In this document: one piece after another, positions 30,427 to 40,642 of the stretch
How the letters are laid out: the number at the start of each line of letters is the position of its first letter
How positions within the stretch are numbered: position 1 is the stretch's first letter
DNA from: Gemmatimonadales bacterium
GTDB lineage: Bacteria > Gemmatimonadota > Gemmatimonadetes > Gemmatimonadales > GWC2-71-9
Assembly: GCA_965249575.1 (NCBI GenBank)
Contig: OZ252244.1
Location: 2,432,001 to 2,496,000 of the forward strand
DNA: 64,000 bases
Direction: 5' to 3'
Program-made: the position numbers and the translations under genes
The notes under the pieces: model-generated
What the model saw: the letters and a program-made list of their open reading frames with translations, nothing else
Database searches by the model: none
Told to the model about the DNA's origin: nothing

Positions 30427-31794
30427 ATGACCGATGTGCGGCCCTTCATCGCCCAGAACCGGACCCGGATTCTGGACGAGCTCCAGTCCTTCCTCAGAAT
30501 CCCCAGTGTTTCGACCGACCCGAGTCACGCGGCGGATTGCGGTCGTGCCGCGAACTGGCTGTCGGTACACCTGGAACGCCTCGGGTGCCAGACCGCGATC
30601 GTACCCGAGGGCGCGGCCCACCCGGTGGTATGGGCCGAAGGGCCCAGGATTCCGAATGCGCCAACCGTGCTGGTCTACGGTCACTATGATGTACAACCGG
30701 CAGACCCGGCCGAGCTCTGGGATTCACCTCCGTTCGAGCCGACCGTCAGGAACGGCGATCTGATCGCTCGGGGCTCAACGGATGACAAGGGTCAATTGTT
30801 TGCGATCATCACAGCCTTTGAGGCCACGAGCGTAGACAGTGCGCCGCCGCTGAACGTTCGGTTTCTCATCGAGGGCCAGGAAGAGTCGGGGAGCAGCGTG
30901 CTGTTCGATTTGCTCGAGCGGGAGCCTGATCGTGTTCGCGCCGACGCCATTTTGGTTTCCGACATGGCGTACTTTGCACCTGGGTGGCCTGCGGTGGAAT
31001 CCGGACTTCGGGGTCTGTGTTATGCCGAGATCACCGTCCGAACACTCGATGGAGACTTGCACTCCGGCCTCTACGGGGGGACAGCACCGAACGCGCACGA
31101 GGCGCTCGTGCACTTGCTGGCCAGGCTCAAAACGCCGGGCGGCCGCATCCGCATCCCGGGCCTGTACGAGGCGGTCGCGCGGCCGAGCAAGGCGGAGCGG
31201 GACTCGTGGAAACGGCTGCCGTTCAATACCCGCAAGTACACTCGTGAGGAAGTCGGTGCGCGGGCGCTAACGGGGCTTAGGCGGTATTCCGTGTTCGAGA
31301 GGACGTGGGCCTTTCCGACGTTCGAAATCCACGGCATCACGGGGGGGTTCACCGGGGAAGGCGCCAAAACCGTTATCCCCGCGGTCGCCACGGCCAAGGT
31401 GAGTTTGCGGCTCGTTCCCAACCAGACGGAGCAATCGGTCGGGCGCCAGCTGACTCGGGCGGTCAAGGCGCTCGCCCCAAGACATGCCCGTGTCTCAGTG
31501 CGGCTGATGAACGGGGCCGATCCCGTGTTGGTGGATACGAGCTCGCAACCCTTCGATTTCGTCAGCCGTGCTTTTGAGGAAGTGGAAGGGCGGGGGGCCG
31601 TCACGATCCGCTCTGGTGGTTCGATTCCCATCGTGCCAGCGCTCGCGCGGGGTGGCGCGCCCGTCGTCCTCACAGGGATCGGATTGCCGGACGACCGACT
31701 CCACGCACCGAACGAGAAAATCAACCTCGAACAGTTTTGGAAGGGTATTCGAGTCTTCGCCCGCTTCTTCCAACTCATGGCGGCTGATCGATGA
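30427..31794 (+). CDS. M20-family dipeptidase
   Basis: YGHYDVQP, ARGSTDDKGQ, EGQEESGS, DLHSG, GGSIP, HAPNE. Confidence 0.93.
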   Translation: MTDVRPFIAQNRTRILDELQSFLRIPSVSTDPSHAADCGRAANWLSVHLERLGCQTAIVPEGAAHPVVWAEGPRIPNAPTVLVYGHYDVQPADPAELWDSPPFEPTVRNGDLIARGSTDDKGQLFAIITAFEATSVDSAPPLNVRFLIEGQEESGSSVLFDLLEREPDRVRADAILVSDMAYFAPGWPAVESGLRGLCYAEITVRTLDGDLHSGLYGGTAPNAHEALVHLLARLKTPGGRIRIPGLYEAVARPSKAERDSWKRLPFNTRKYTREEVGARALTGLRRYSVFERTWAFPTFEIHGITGGFTGEGAKTVIPAVATAKVSLRLVPNQTEQSVGRQLTRAVKALAPRHARVSVRLMNGADPVLVDTSSQPFDFVSRAFEEVEGRGAVTIRSGGSIPIVPALARGGAPVVLTGIGLPDDRLHAPNEKINLEQFWKGIRVFARFFQLMAADR

Positions 31795-31902
31795 GCCCGC
31801 CCGGGGCCTTCCACTACCGTACCAAGGACCCCCGCGTTGAAATGGCCAGGAGGGAGCGCATCCCGGTACGTCCGTCCACTCACTCAAACGGTAGAATTGG
31901 GC

Positions 31903-32280
31903 GTGGATACGCTCGCATCCCTAGAGGTATGGCGCGTGGGCAGGGAGGTTGCTCGCGCCACTTACCGGCTGACTCTCCGTTGCCCGTTGGAGCGGCACTA
32001 CGCGCTCACTGACCTGATTCGGCGGGCCGCGATCTCGATACCCGCGAGCGTGGCCGAGGGCTACGCGGTGGGAACACCCGAGCTGCGGGTCCAGTGCCTG
32101 CGGGCCGCCCTCGCGGCTGCTTCGGCGCTCAAGTGTCACCTGGAACTGAGTCGTGATCTCCGACTGCTGGACGACCGCTCGACGCAGCCGGTCATGAAGG
32201 GGTGTGATCGCCTGGTCAGTCTTCTCGTCGGCATGACGCGGCGAGCCATCAACGCGAACGGGCGTGCGTTTCGGACCTGA
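31903..32280 (+). CDS. Four-helix bundle protein (23S rRNA IVP-like)
   Basis: LEVWR...YALTDLIRRAAISIPASVAEGY...HLELSRDL. Confidence 0.8.
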   Translation: MDTLASLEVWRVGREVARATYRLTLRCPLERHYALTDLIRRAAISIPASVAEGYAVGTPELRVQCLRAALAAASALKCHLELSRDLRLLDDRSTQPVMKGCDRLVSLLVGMTRRAINANGRAFRT

Positions 32281-32287
32281 GCTGGTT

Positions 32288-32998
32288 CTACTTGCCGACG
32301 GTTGGGAGCGTATCGCCCAAGACCTCTTCGAGCGTAACCGCCTGCGGTCGCCGCTCGAACACTTCTGAAAACGCGAGCACCGCGCTGTCCGCCGCGCGGC
32401 TCCAGACGTCCCTGGGTGTCCGCTCCCCCAGCTCGGTGCGGATGCTGGTCATAACCACGTCTTGGATGCCACACGGCACGATGAGATCGAAATAGGAGAG
32501 GTCCGTCGTGACGTTGAGGGCAAACCCGTGCCACGTCACCCATTGCTTCACGTGGATGCCGATGCTTGCGATCTTGCGACCGGCGGTCCAGACGCCCGTA
32601 TAGCCCTTCTGTCGCTCCCCCTCGATCCCAAAGTCGGAAAGAACCCGAATGAGGGCTGACTCGAGTTGCCGCAGGAACCAGTGTAGATCGGCCTTGTGCT
32701 CCGTCAAATCGAAAATCGGATAGCCCACCAGCTGACCGGGGCCGTGGTAGGTCACGTCGCCGCCGCGCTCGATCTCGAAGAGCTCGACGCCCCTGGCGGT
32801 GAGGGTCTCCTGGGGAACCGGCAGGTTTTCGGGCCGGGTGCTCCTGCCCATGGTGACAACCGGAGGATGTTCGACCAGCAGCAGGAGATCGTGCTGCACA
32901 CTTCGGTCGATCCGGCGGAGTGCCAGTGCTCGTTGGAGGCTGAGGACCTCGCCGTAGGACATCCGGCCCAGTCCCACCACCGCGAGATCAGCGCTCAC
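32288..32998 (-). CDS. lipB: Lipoyl(octanoyl) transferase
   Basis: EHPPVVTMGR, ERGGDVTYHGPGQLVGYPI, KIASIGIHV, HGFALN, IVPCGI. Confidence 0.97.
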   Translation of the reverse strand: MSADLAVVGLGRMSYGEVLSLQRALALRRIDRSVQHDLLLLVEHPPVVTMGRSTRPENLPVPQETLTARGVELFEIERGGDVTYHGPGQLVGYPIFDLTEHKADLHWFLRQLESALIRVLSDFGIEGERQKGYTGVWTAGRKIASIGIHVKQWVTWHGFALNVTTDLSYFDLIVPCGIQDVVMTSIRTELGERTPRDVWSRAADSAVLAFSEVFERRPQAVTLEEVLGDTLPTVGK

Positions 32999-33014
32999 GC
33001 ACCACCGTCACGGT

Positions 33015-33476
33015 TCACAGCGTGACCGACTCCTCGCGTCCGGGGCTGCGCGGAAGTTCGTTGCCCGCGGCCCTCCGCGTAAACGCCCGGCCCGCCGTCG
33101 CCCCCAGGACCAGCGTTCCCAGGTATCCAACGAGCCCGGGGCCGCCCCCCAACATCTCCGCTGGGGCCGCCAAGAACGCCAGGAAGCACGTTCCAAAGCC
33201 CGCCAATGCAGCCGTGACGCTCCGCCGCCACCCATCGGGGATGGCTTCGCTCAGCCTCCAAGCGACGGCCACGGCTCCCACGAGACCCACGAAAATGGAC
33301 CCGACGAAGAGTGTGGCTTGCATGTCGCTCGAGAATGAGATCGGTGTGTGAACGAGGCCTCTGCCTTGAGACGCTCTCAGGACCAGCAGTCCTGCGGTGA
33401 CGAATGACCCTCCGACCGCGGCGCCGGTTCCGATACTTCCCAAAGCGACGAAAACGCGATCGACAGGTGCGTTCAC
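33015..33476 (-). CDS. Hypothetical 4-TM membrane protein
   Basis: Four hydrophobic segments; GTGA-coupled to lpdA. Confidence 0.6.
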   Translation of the reverse strand: MNAPVDRVFVALGSIGTGAAVGGSFVTAGLLVLRASQGRGLVHTPISFSSDMQATLFVGSIFVGLVGAVAVAWRLSEAIPDGWRRSVTAALAGFGTCFLAFLAAPAEMLGGGPGLVGYLGTLVLGATAGRAFTRRAAGNELPRSPGREESVTL

Positions 33477-34867
33477 GTGTGAATAACCCGGCCGAGCGAG
33501 TCCAGAGCCGCTTCCGCGACGGCCTCTGACAGGGTCGGATGTGCGTGAACGGTGAGGTCGACTTCTTCTACAGTGAACTCGTTCTCTCTAGCCACCGCCA
33601 GCTCGTGGATCATCTCACTCGCATGGGACGCGACGATGTGGGCTCCCAGGATCTCGCTGTACTTCTTATCCCGAATGATTTTCACGAATCCCTCGGTTTC
33701 GTTAGCGGCGCGCGCTCGGCCGTTAGCGGTGAGAGGGAATTTCCCAACGACGTAATCCTGTTCGTTCTTCTTGCATTGCTCTTCTGTGAGGCCAATGCTT
33801 GCCACCTCAGGATGGCAATAGGTCACGCTAGGGATGTTGTCGTATCGGATGGGATGCGGCCGCTGGCCGGCGATTAACTCCGCGACGTGGATTCCCTCTC
33901 GACTTCCCTTGTGCGCGAGCATCGGAGGCCCGGCGACGTCGCCGATACCGTAGATGCCATCCGAGGAAGTCCGAAGGTCGCTGCCAGCCTTGACGAAGCC
34001 CCGATCATCCAGCTGCACACCCGCTTCCTGGAGCCCGAGGTCCTCGGTGTTGAGTGCCCGTCCTGCAGCCATCAGCACTTTGTCCACCTCGATTTTTCGC
34101 GTCGAGCCGCTCTCTTCCACCTCGAGTGTTACGGTGTTCTTCGAAACGTTCGCTCGTTTGATCTTCGCTCCCACGAACACGTCGATGCCACGCCGTTGAT
34201 AGGATTTGGCGATCGCCGCCGAGGAATCGGGATCCTCAACAGGGAGGATGCGGGGTAGTACTTCGATCAATGTCACCTTGCTGCCGAATGCGCTGAAGAT
34301 ATCCGCGAACTCGACTCCGACGGCGCCGCACCCGATGATTGCCAGCCGGGCGGGGGCCGTCTCGAGGAACAGCGCTTCATCGGACGAAATCACCGTTTGC
34401 TTGTTGATCTCCAGACCGAGCTGCGGCAAACCCTTCACGCGCGTGCCGGTGGCGAGGACGACGGCTTTCGAGGCCGAGTACGCGTCCTTACCCACGAGCA
34501 CCTTCCGTCCGGGTCGCAACTTCCCGGAGCCCTTGACGACCGTGACCTTGTGTTTTTTCAGCAGAAACCCCACGCCCTTTGAATTCTGGTCGCTGACGCT
34601 GCGGGAGTGCTGCATGGCCGCGGCGTAGTTCAGGGTCACCGTACCTACCTCGACCCCAAAGGTTTTCGCATCGTGTCGAACCAGGTTGGCCACGTATGCG
34701 CTGTGCAGGAGGGCCTTGCTCGGGATGCATCCCACGTTTACGCACACCCCCCCGAGCTTCTCACGCTCGACCACGGCCGTCTTGAGTCCGAGCTGCGCGG
34801 CACGAATCGCGCAGACGTAGCCGGCCGGCCCTCCTCCGATCACGATGACGTCGAAAATGTTCGCCAC
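33473..34867 (-). CDS. lpdA: Dihydrolipoyl dehydrogenase (E3)
   Basis: GGGPAGY, GGVCVNVGCIPSKAL, LAHKG, HAHPTLSE. Confidence 0.97.
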   Translation of the reverse strand: MANIFDVIVIGGGPAGYVCAIRAAQLGLKTAVVEREKLGGVCVNVGCIPSKALLHSAYVANLVRHDAKTFGVEVGTVTLNYAAAMQHSRSVSDQNSKGVGFLLKKHKVTVVKGSGKLRPGRKVLVGKDAYSASKAVVLATGTRVKGLPQLGLEINKQTVISSDEALFLETAPARLAIIGCGAVGVEFADIFSAFGSKVTLIEVLPRILPVEDPDSSAAIAKSYQRRGIDVFVGAKIKRANVSKNTVTLEVEESGSTRKIEVDKVLMAAGRALNTEDLGLQEAGVQLDDRGFVKAGSDLRTSSDGIYGIGDVAGPPMLAHKGSREGIHVAELIAGQRPHPIRYDNIPSVTYCHPEVASIGLTEEQCKKNEQDYVVGKFPLTANGRARAANETEGFVKIIRDKKYSEILGAHIVASHASEMIHELAVARENEFTVEEVDLTVHAHPTLSEAVAEAALDSLGRVIHT

Positions 34868-34968
34868 TGGTCTGATCCTGTCTGTCTAAGGTTCACCGCG
34901 CGGCTCGCTGGCGTTAGCGGCTGGACCGGATCGCGCACCGGCCCCGATCATGAGTCTGCCTTACGGAT

Positions 34969-36180
34969 TCACCAAACGATCGCTAGCGGATTCTCGAGCA
35001 TCCGGCGCACGGTTTGGAGAAACTGCGCGCCCGTCGCTCCGTCGATGACTCTGTGATCGCAGCTCATCGTGGTTCGCATGCGCCGCCGCACTTCGACCTG
35101 GCCGCCACGCTCTACCGGCTTTCGCTCAATGCTTCCGATCGCGAGGATTCCCGCCTCAGGGGGGTTGATGATCGCCGTGAACTCGTCGATCCCAAACATC
35201 CCGAGATTCGAGATGGAGAACGTGCCACCGGTGTACTCGTCGGGGCGTAGTTTTCTGGCCCGGGCCCGCGCGACCAGCTCCCTCGTCTCCCCGGAGATCG
35301 TTCGCAGGGACTTCGTGTCGGCGTTTCGGATGACTGGCGTGATCAACCCCTCGTCGATGGCGACTGCGATCCCGATATGCACGCTTCGAAAGTAGCGGAT
35401 GTGATCGTCTCGCCACCACGTGTTACAGTGACGGTGCTGTGTGAGCGCCATCGCGACGACTTTCACCACGATGTCATTGAACGAGATCCGGGAATCCTCG
35501 CTCGAGGAGTTGAGCCCTTCGCGGGCAACCCACGCGCGCTCCATGTCGATCTCGGTCGTGAGAAAGAAATGGGGCACGGGGCCGAGCGATCCCGCAAGAC
35601 GTTTGGCGATGGTCTTTCGGATTTGTGTGAGGGGGATATCCTCGAACTCGGTGCCCGCTGCGCCGGGCCCCGGCGCCGGCGCTTCTCCCTCCAGGTCTCG
35701 CTTCACGATGCGCCCGCCGGGGCCGCTTCCGGCGATGGTGACCAGGTCCAGCCCCCGCTCCCGAGCCATGCGTCGAGCCAAGGGTGAGGCCTTGATCCGG
35801 CGCTCCGCGTGAGAGCCGGCGCGCGGAGACTCGGCTGCAGCCGCCGGCTCCGTCGGTTCCTTGGCGCCCACCGGGCTCGGGACCGGCTCGTCGCGGGGGC
35901 GCGTGCCGCCCGCATCCGACAGTATTTGGGCGATGTCCTCGTCCGCATCGCCGATCACGCCCACCAGCCCGCCGACCCCCACCGTCACGTCCGGTGCCGC
36001 AACGATCTTCCGCAACACTCCGCTGCCCCGAGCCTGAAGCTCCATGACTGCCTTGTCCGTCTCCACCTCGGCCAGGATGTCGCCAGCCTCCACCGCATCG
36101 CCCTCCTGCTTGAGCCAGGAGAGCACGCGGCCCTCTTCCATTGTTGGCGAGAGCGCCTCCATGACGACTTTGGTGGCCAC
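34969..36180 (-). CDS. pdhC: Pyruvate dehydrogenase E2 dihydrolipoamide acetyltransferase
   Basis: Lipoyl domain VETDKA, E3-binding ASPLARR, DHRVIDG. Confidence 0.95.
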   Translation of the reverse strand: MATKVVMEALSPTMEEGRVLSWLKQEGDAVEAGDILAEVETDKAVMELQARGSGVLRKIVAAPDVTVGVGGLVGVIGDADEDIAQILSDAGGTRPRDEPVPSPVGAKEPTEPAAAAESPRAGSHAERRIKASPLARRMARERGLDLVTIAGSGPGGRIVKRDLEGEAPAPGPGAAGTEFEDIPLTQIRKTIAKRLAGSLGPVPHFFLTTEIDMERAWVAREGLNSSSEDSRISFNDIVVKVVAMALTQHRHCNTWWRDDHIRYFRSVHIGIAVAIDEGLITPVIRNADTKSLRTISGETRELVARARARKLRPDEYTGGTFSISNLGMFGIDEFTAIINPPEAGILAIGSIERKPVERGGQVEVRRRMRTTMSCDHRVIDGATGAQFLQTVRRMLENPLAIVW

Positions 36181-36191
36181 GCAGTCTTCTT

Positions 36192-37175
36192 TCAGTCGAG
36201 GTAGGTGACGGTCTTCATGGCAGCAACGACCTGCTCGACGCTCGGCTTTGCGAGACGCTCCAGGTGCTTGTTGTACGGCATGGGGATGTCCGCGCCGCTC
36301 AACCGGACGACGGGAGCGTCGAGGGAATCGAACTCGTGGCGCTGGATCTCATCGACGATCTGAGCTCCGACGCCGCAGAACGGCCATCCCTCCTCGACGA
36401 TCACACACCGGTTGGTCTTTCTCACGCTATCGAACAGCGCCGCGGTATCCAGGGGACGGATCGTGCGGAGATCGATGACCTCGGCGTCGAGGCCCTCCGA
36501 CTCGGCTGCCCGATCGGCTGCCTTGAGCGCCGTGGCGACGGTTTTTGAATGGCAGATGACGGTGACGTCGCACCCCTCACGCTTGATGTCGGCCAGTCCC
36601 AATGACACCACGTGCTCACCCTCGGGAACCGGCCCCTTCACGTTGTACAGCATCTCTCCCTCGAGAAACACAACGGGGTTGTCGTCGCGAATGGCCGCCT
36701 TCAGCATGCCCTTGGCATCTGCGGGCGTGCTCGGGGCGACGACCTTGAGTCCGGGCACATGTGCGAACCACGACTCCAATGCCTGGGAGTGCTGCGCGCC
36801 GAGTTGGAGCGCCGCTCCCCCCGGTCCGCGAAAGACAATCGGCAGTGGGACCTGCCCACCCGACATGTACGACATCTTGGCGGCCGAGTTGACGATTTGG
36901 TCGACGGCGAGGAGCGCGAAATTCCAGGTCATGAACTCGATGACCGGCCGGAGCCCCACCATGGCGGCTCCAACTCCAACTCCAGCAAACCCGAGCTCGG
37001 TAATTGGCGTGTCGACCACCCGCCGATCTCCAAATGCCTCAAGGAGCCCCCTACTCACCTTGTAGGCGCCCTGGTAGACCCCGACTTCCTCTCCCATGAG
37101 GAAAACCTCGGGGTCCCGCTCCATTTCTTCGCGGAGGGCCTGGCCGAGGGCATCGCGATACGTCAGCGTTGGCAT
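36192..37175 (-). CDS. pdhB: Pyruvate dehydrogenase E1 beta subunit
   Basis: GEEVGVYQGAYKVS, DTPITE, EFMTWNF, AQHSQ, DLRTIRPLD. Confidence 0.96.
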   Translation of the reverse strand: MPTLTYRDALGQALREEMERDPEVFLMGEEVGVYQGAYKVSRGLLEAFGDRRVVDTPITELGFAGVGVGAAMVGLRPVIEFMTWNFALLAVDQIVNSAAKMSYMSGGQVPLPIVFRGPGGAALQLGAQHSQALESWFAHVPGLKVVAPSTPADAKGMLKAAIRDDNPVVFLEGEMLYNVKGPVPEGEHVVSLGLADIKREGCDVTVICHSKTVATALKAADRAAESEGLDAEVIDLRTIRPLDTAALFDSVRKTNRCVIVEEGWPFCGVGAQIVDEIQRHEFDSLDAPVVRLSGADIPMPYNKHLERLAKPSVEQVVAAMKTVTYLD

Positions 37176-37176
37176 G

Positions 37177-38172
37177 TCAGGTGGAGTACACGTCCGTGTA
37201 CAGCTCCTCGGCCTCCGGCCCGGGACTCTCATCCGCGAACGTCACCGCGTCGTCGACTTCCCCCGTCACCTCCGCATCCATCGCAGTGAGCTCTTCTTGG
37301 GTGAAGAGCTCTGACGATTCCAATTGCCGAAAGAGCCCACGGATCGGGTCCTTTTCTTTCTGCTGCTCGACCTCCTCGCGCGTGCGGTAATGCCCGTGGA
37401 TGGGATCGGACATCGAATGACCCATGAATCGGTAGGTGCGGGCTTCGAGGAGGGTCGGTGTTTTGTCGGCCCGTGCTCTCGCAACAGCCCTCTCGGTCGC
37501 TTCGAAGACGGCCAAGACGTCCATCCCGTCGACGGTTTCCGCAGCCATGTCGTAGGAACAAGAGCGTTGGGCGATATCGTTTATGGCGGACGCTCGTTCG
37601 AGCGCCGTTCCCATTCCGTAGCGGTTGTTTTCGCACAAATAGATGACCGGGAGCTTCCACAGCGCCGCCATGTTGAGCGATTCGTGGAAAGCCCCGTTGT
37701 TGACGGCCGCTTCTCCGAAATAGCAGACGGTAACCTGGTCGGTCTTCCGGTACTTGATTCCGAATCCGGCGCCCGTCGCCAGCGGGATGTGCCCGCCCAC
37801 GATCGCGTGTCCGCCCAGGAAGCCCAGCGACGCGTCGAACAGATGCATCGAGCCGCCCTTCCCCTTCGAGCAGCCGGTTGCCTTGCCGAAAAGCTCCGCC
37901 ATGACCGTGCGCGCCGTGATGCCGCGGGCGAGCGCATGCCCGTGCTCGCGGTAACTGCACATCAGGTAGTCGTGCTCTCCGAGCGCCGCGATGGATCCGA
38001 CGGCGACGGCTTCCTGGCCGATGTACAGGTGGCAGAATCCCCCGATCTTACCCAGCGCATAGGCCTCGCCTGCCCGCTCCTCGAATCGCCGGATGAGAAG
38101 CATCTGGCGCAACAGGCCGTGGTAGAAACCGGCGCGCTCCGGCTCGAGCCGGGGTCGGGTACGTGGGGCCAA
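37177..38172 (-). CDS. pdhA: Pyruvate dehydrogenase E1 alpha subunit
   Basis: GKIGGFCHLYIGQEA, GKGGSMH, ENNRYGMGT, TYRFMGHSMSDP; TTG start is an estimate. Confidence 0.95.
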   Translation of the reverse strand: MAPRTRPRLEPERAGFYHGLLRQMLLIRRFEERAGEAYALGKIGGFCHLYIGQEAVAVGSIAALGEHDYLMCSYREHGHALARGITARTVMAELFGKATGCSKGKGGSMHLFDASLGFLGGHAIVGGHIPLATGAGFGIKYRKTDQVTVCYFGEAAVNNGAFHESLNMAALWKLPVIYLCENNRYGMGTALERASAINDIAQRSCSYDMAAETVDGMDVLAVFEATERAVARARADKTPTLLEARTYRFMGHSMSDPIHGHYRTREEVEQQKEKDPIRGLFRQLESSELFTQEELTAMDAEVTGEVDDAVTFADESPGPEAEELYTDVYST

Positions 38173-38189
38173 GTTGGGGTCCTGAGTGC

Positions 38190-39125
38190 TCAGCTTCCAG
38201 CGGTGGCGCGCTGGACCTGGTCCCAGGCATGGTAGGACGAACGAACCAGCGGTCCCGCCTCGACGTGCTTGAATCCCATGAGACGACCCGCCTGACGCAG
38301 TTCGGCGAACTCGTCGGGAGTGTAGTACCGGGCAACGGGAAGATGGTCGTTCGACGGCCTGAGATACTGGCCAAGCGTCAAGATGTCGACGCCCTGGGCC
38401 TGCACGTCCCGCATCGCAACGAGCAACTCCTCCCAGTCCTCCCCCAGGCCGCACATGATCCCGGACTTGGTCATTTGCGCTGGGTTCAGCTCCTTCGCGC
38501 GGTGAAGCAGCCTGAGGGCACGCTGGTACTGTCCGCCCGGGCGGGCAATGCGGTACAGCCGCTCTACCGTCTCCAGATTGTGGTTGAGAATGTCGGGCTG
38601 AGCCTCGACCACGATTCCCAACGCGTCATCGGATCCCTTGAAGTCCGGTATGAGCAGTTCGATTGAGGAGTCCGCAAGGCGGCCCCGGATTTCCACGACG
38701 CACGCTGCAAAGATCTCCGCCCCGCCCATCGGAAGGTCGTCCCGGTCGACGCTCGTGATGACGACGTGGCGGAGGTTCATTTGAGTGACCGCCTCGGCCA
38801 ACCGGTAGGGCTCCTCAGGGTCGTACGGTGCCGGGGTCCCGTGGGCCACGGCACAATAGGCGCAATTGCGTGTGCAGACGTCGCCCAGGATCATGAATGT
38901 TGCCGCGCGGTGCTCCCAACACTCGCCGAGGTTCGGGCAATGGGCCTCCTCGCACACCGTGTGGAGACCCAAGTTCCGCATGACGTTCTTGATTTCGACG
39001 TAATTCCGTCCCCCAGGTGCCCGTACCTTGAGCCACGGCGGCTTCCGCGACCCCAGCGCGGGCGCTCTGCCGGGATTCGAGGGCTGTCGGGTCAAATGCA
39101 CGAGTTCCATGGGTGACGGAAACAT
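38190..39125 (-). CDS. lipA: Lipoyl synthase
   Basis: CEEAHCPNLGECW, CTRNCAYC, NHNLETV, GQYLRP, VRSSY. Confidence 0.97.
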   Translation of the reverse strand: MFPSPMELVHLTRQPSNPGRAPALGSRKPPWLKVRAPGGRNYVEIKNVMRNLGLHTVCEEAHCPNLGECWEHRAATFMILGDVCTRNCAYCAVAHGTPAPYDPEEPYRLAEAVTQMNLRHVVITSVDRDDLPMGGAEIFAACVVEIRGRLADSSIELLIPDFKGSDDALGIVVEAQPDILNHNLETVERLYRIARPGGQYQRALRLLHRAKELNPAQMTKSGIMCGLGEDWEELLVAMRDVQAQGVDILTLGQYLRPSNDHLPVARYYTPDEFAELRQAGRLMGFKHVEAGPLVRSSYHAWDQVQRATAGS

Positions 39126-39199
39126 AGTGCCAGTCGAAAAGGCATGGTAGCCTCGCTCAACCGTTTAGTTGAGCGCGCCGCGATTCGTGTCTGGAGTTC

Positions 39200-40303
39200 T
39201 CAGTCCAACCAGAAGCGGGCGGGGCTCACATCAGTCAGGCTGTGTTCCACCGACTGGTCATTATAGAGCCGCGCGACGATGTCGGCGGTGACCGAGGCGA
39301 GCAGGATCCCGCTGCGGCCGTGGCCGGTGGCATACCACAGACCCTCGATCTCCGGATCGGCGCCGATGATGGGCCGCCCGTCGGGGGTACCGGGGCGGAG
39401 ACCAGCCCACGCATGCTGTGCTTTGGCGTAGGTGAGCACCGGGTAGAGCTGGCTAGCCATGTCGAGCATCTGCGACCGCCCGTCTTTGGTGACGCGCGTG
39501 TTGAAACCGGCATGCTCGAACGTGGCGCCGGCGATGAGGTTGTCCTCCCGCTTGAGCAGGTAGCCCTCGGGGCCGACGACAATCGCCGGTGGCTCCTCAG
39601 CTGGCCAGGATACCGAGATCATTTGTCCTCGGATTGGCTCAACGGACATCGGACGGGGCAGGCCACTCAGCCTTCCGGACCAGCAGCCGGCGGCGACCAG
39701 AACGGCCCCTCCCCGTCGCGTGCCGGAGTCGGTCCTCACGCCAACGGCCTTCGAATCCTCAATGAGAATCGATTTTGCCGTTCCTTTAACGGTCGAGACC
39801 GCGCGCTGCTCGCAGCTCGCCAGGAGTGACTTCCACAGCGCCGGGGGATCGATGGCGCCGTCCTCGGGAGCGAGGAGGGCTCCGAGGGCCTTCGTGGAGA
39901 TTCCCGGGGCCCGGTCACGGAGCTCGGGCGGCGGTACCCAATCCGTATGCATGCCGGCCTGTCGCTGCCAGGCAATATCGGCCTTCCCCTTGGCCACGTC
40001 CGCTTCCGTGAACGCGACTCGGAGGATTCCCTCGGTCCACAGTCCGGGGTCGATCCCGGTCTCATCGTGCAACTCGGGCGCGAGTTCCGCGTACATATCG
40101 CGGCCACGGACCCGAATCCCCAGCAGTGGATCCTCGCGCTTCGCCTCTACCGTCGGTGCCAGCAGGCCGGCTGATGCAGGCGTGGCCGCTCCTGCCCGGG
40201 AATCGTCGATGACTTCGACCTCCGCGCCCGCAACCGCCAGCGCCCGGGCGCACGCGGCACCAATGATCCCACCCCCTACAACGAGGACGTCAGGGGCCGG
40301 CAC
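39200..40303 (-). CDS. thiO: Glycine oxidase-like FAD-dependent oxidoreductase
   Basis: VVGGGIIG, ASAGLL, PIRGQM, WAGLRPGTPDGRPIIG, ATGHGRSGIL. Confidence 0.8.
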   Translation of the reverse strand: MPAPDVLVVGGGIIGAACARALAVAGAEVEVIDDSRAGAATPASAGLLAPTVEAKREDPLLGIRVRGRDMYAELAPELHDETGIDPGLWTEGILRVAFTEADVAKGKADIAWQRQAGMHTDWVPPPELRDRAPGISTKALGALLAPEDGAIDPPALWKSLLASCEQRAVSTVKGTAKSILIEDSKAVGVRTDSGTRRGGAVLVAAGCWSGRLSGLPRPMSVEPIRGQMISVSWPAEEPPAIVVGPEGYLLKREDNLIAGATFEHAGFNTRVTKDGRSQMLDMASQLYPVLTYAKAQHAWAGLRPGTPDGRPIIGADPEIEGLWYATGHGRSGILLASVTADIVARLYNDQSVEHSLTDVSPARFWLD

Positions 40304-40376
40304 GCCGGCTCCTTGAGGTGAAACTCCTGGGCCCGTACCTTCGTAGAGTCATGTGACCCACGCTAGTGGAGAGACC

Positions 40377-40598
40377 ATGTTACGAACAGTACTCGGATAC
40401 GCCGTGCTGGCCGTCATCGCGTTCGTCGTGCTGAGTTTGGCGGCTAGCGTTCTTGGATTCGTGCTTTCGATCGCCGTGAAGCTAGCGCTGCTAGCCGCGG
40501 TCGGATTCGGCTGCTATGTGGTCCTGAAAGTTATCAGTCCAGGGGCCGCTCGCCGAGTGCGGGAGCTGATTGCGGGACAGGGCCCCACGAGCACCTGA
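40377..40598 (+). CDS. Small 2-TM hypothetical membrane protein
   Basis: RBS GGAGAG; MLRTVLGYAVLAVIAFVVL... hydrophobic. Confidence 0.65.
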   Translation: MLRTVLGYAVLAVIAFVVLSLAASVLGFVLSIAVKLALLAAVGFGCYVVLKVISPGAARRVRELIAGQGPTST

Positions 40599-40642
40599 TC
40601 CCGCGTGCCGTGGAGTGCGGGCGGGGGCCATTCGGGTCCTCG

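Noticed and set aside
2765..31925. Possible excess of CCTAG/CTAGG from CCWGG methyl-C decay (e.g. near 2770, 8307, 13986, 17699, 31919)
   Set aside because: Anecdotal; needs k-mer observed/expected counts that I cannot compute, and some sites do not fit a CCWGG origin
31837..32280. Diversity-generating retroelement (Avd-like protein)
   Set aside because: No reverse transcriptase and no TR/VR repeat pair in the window
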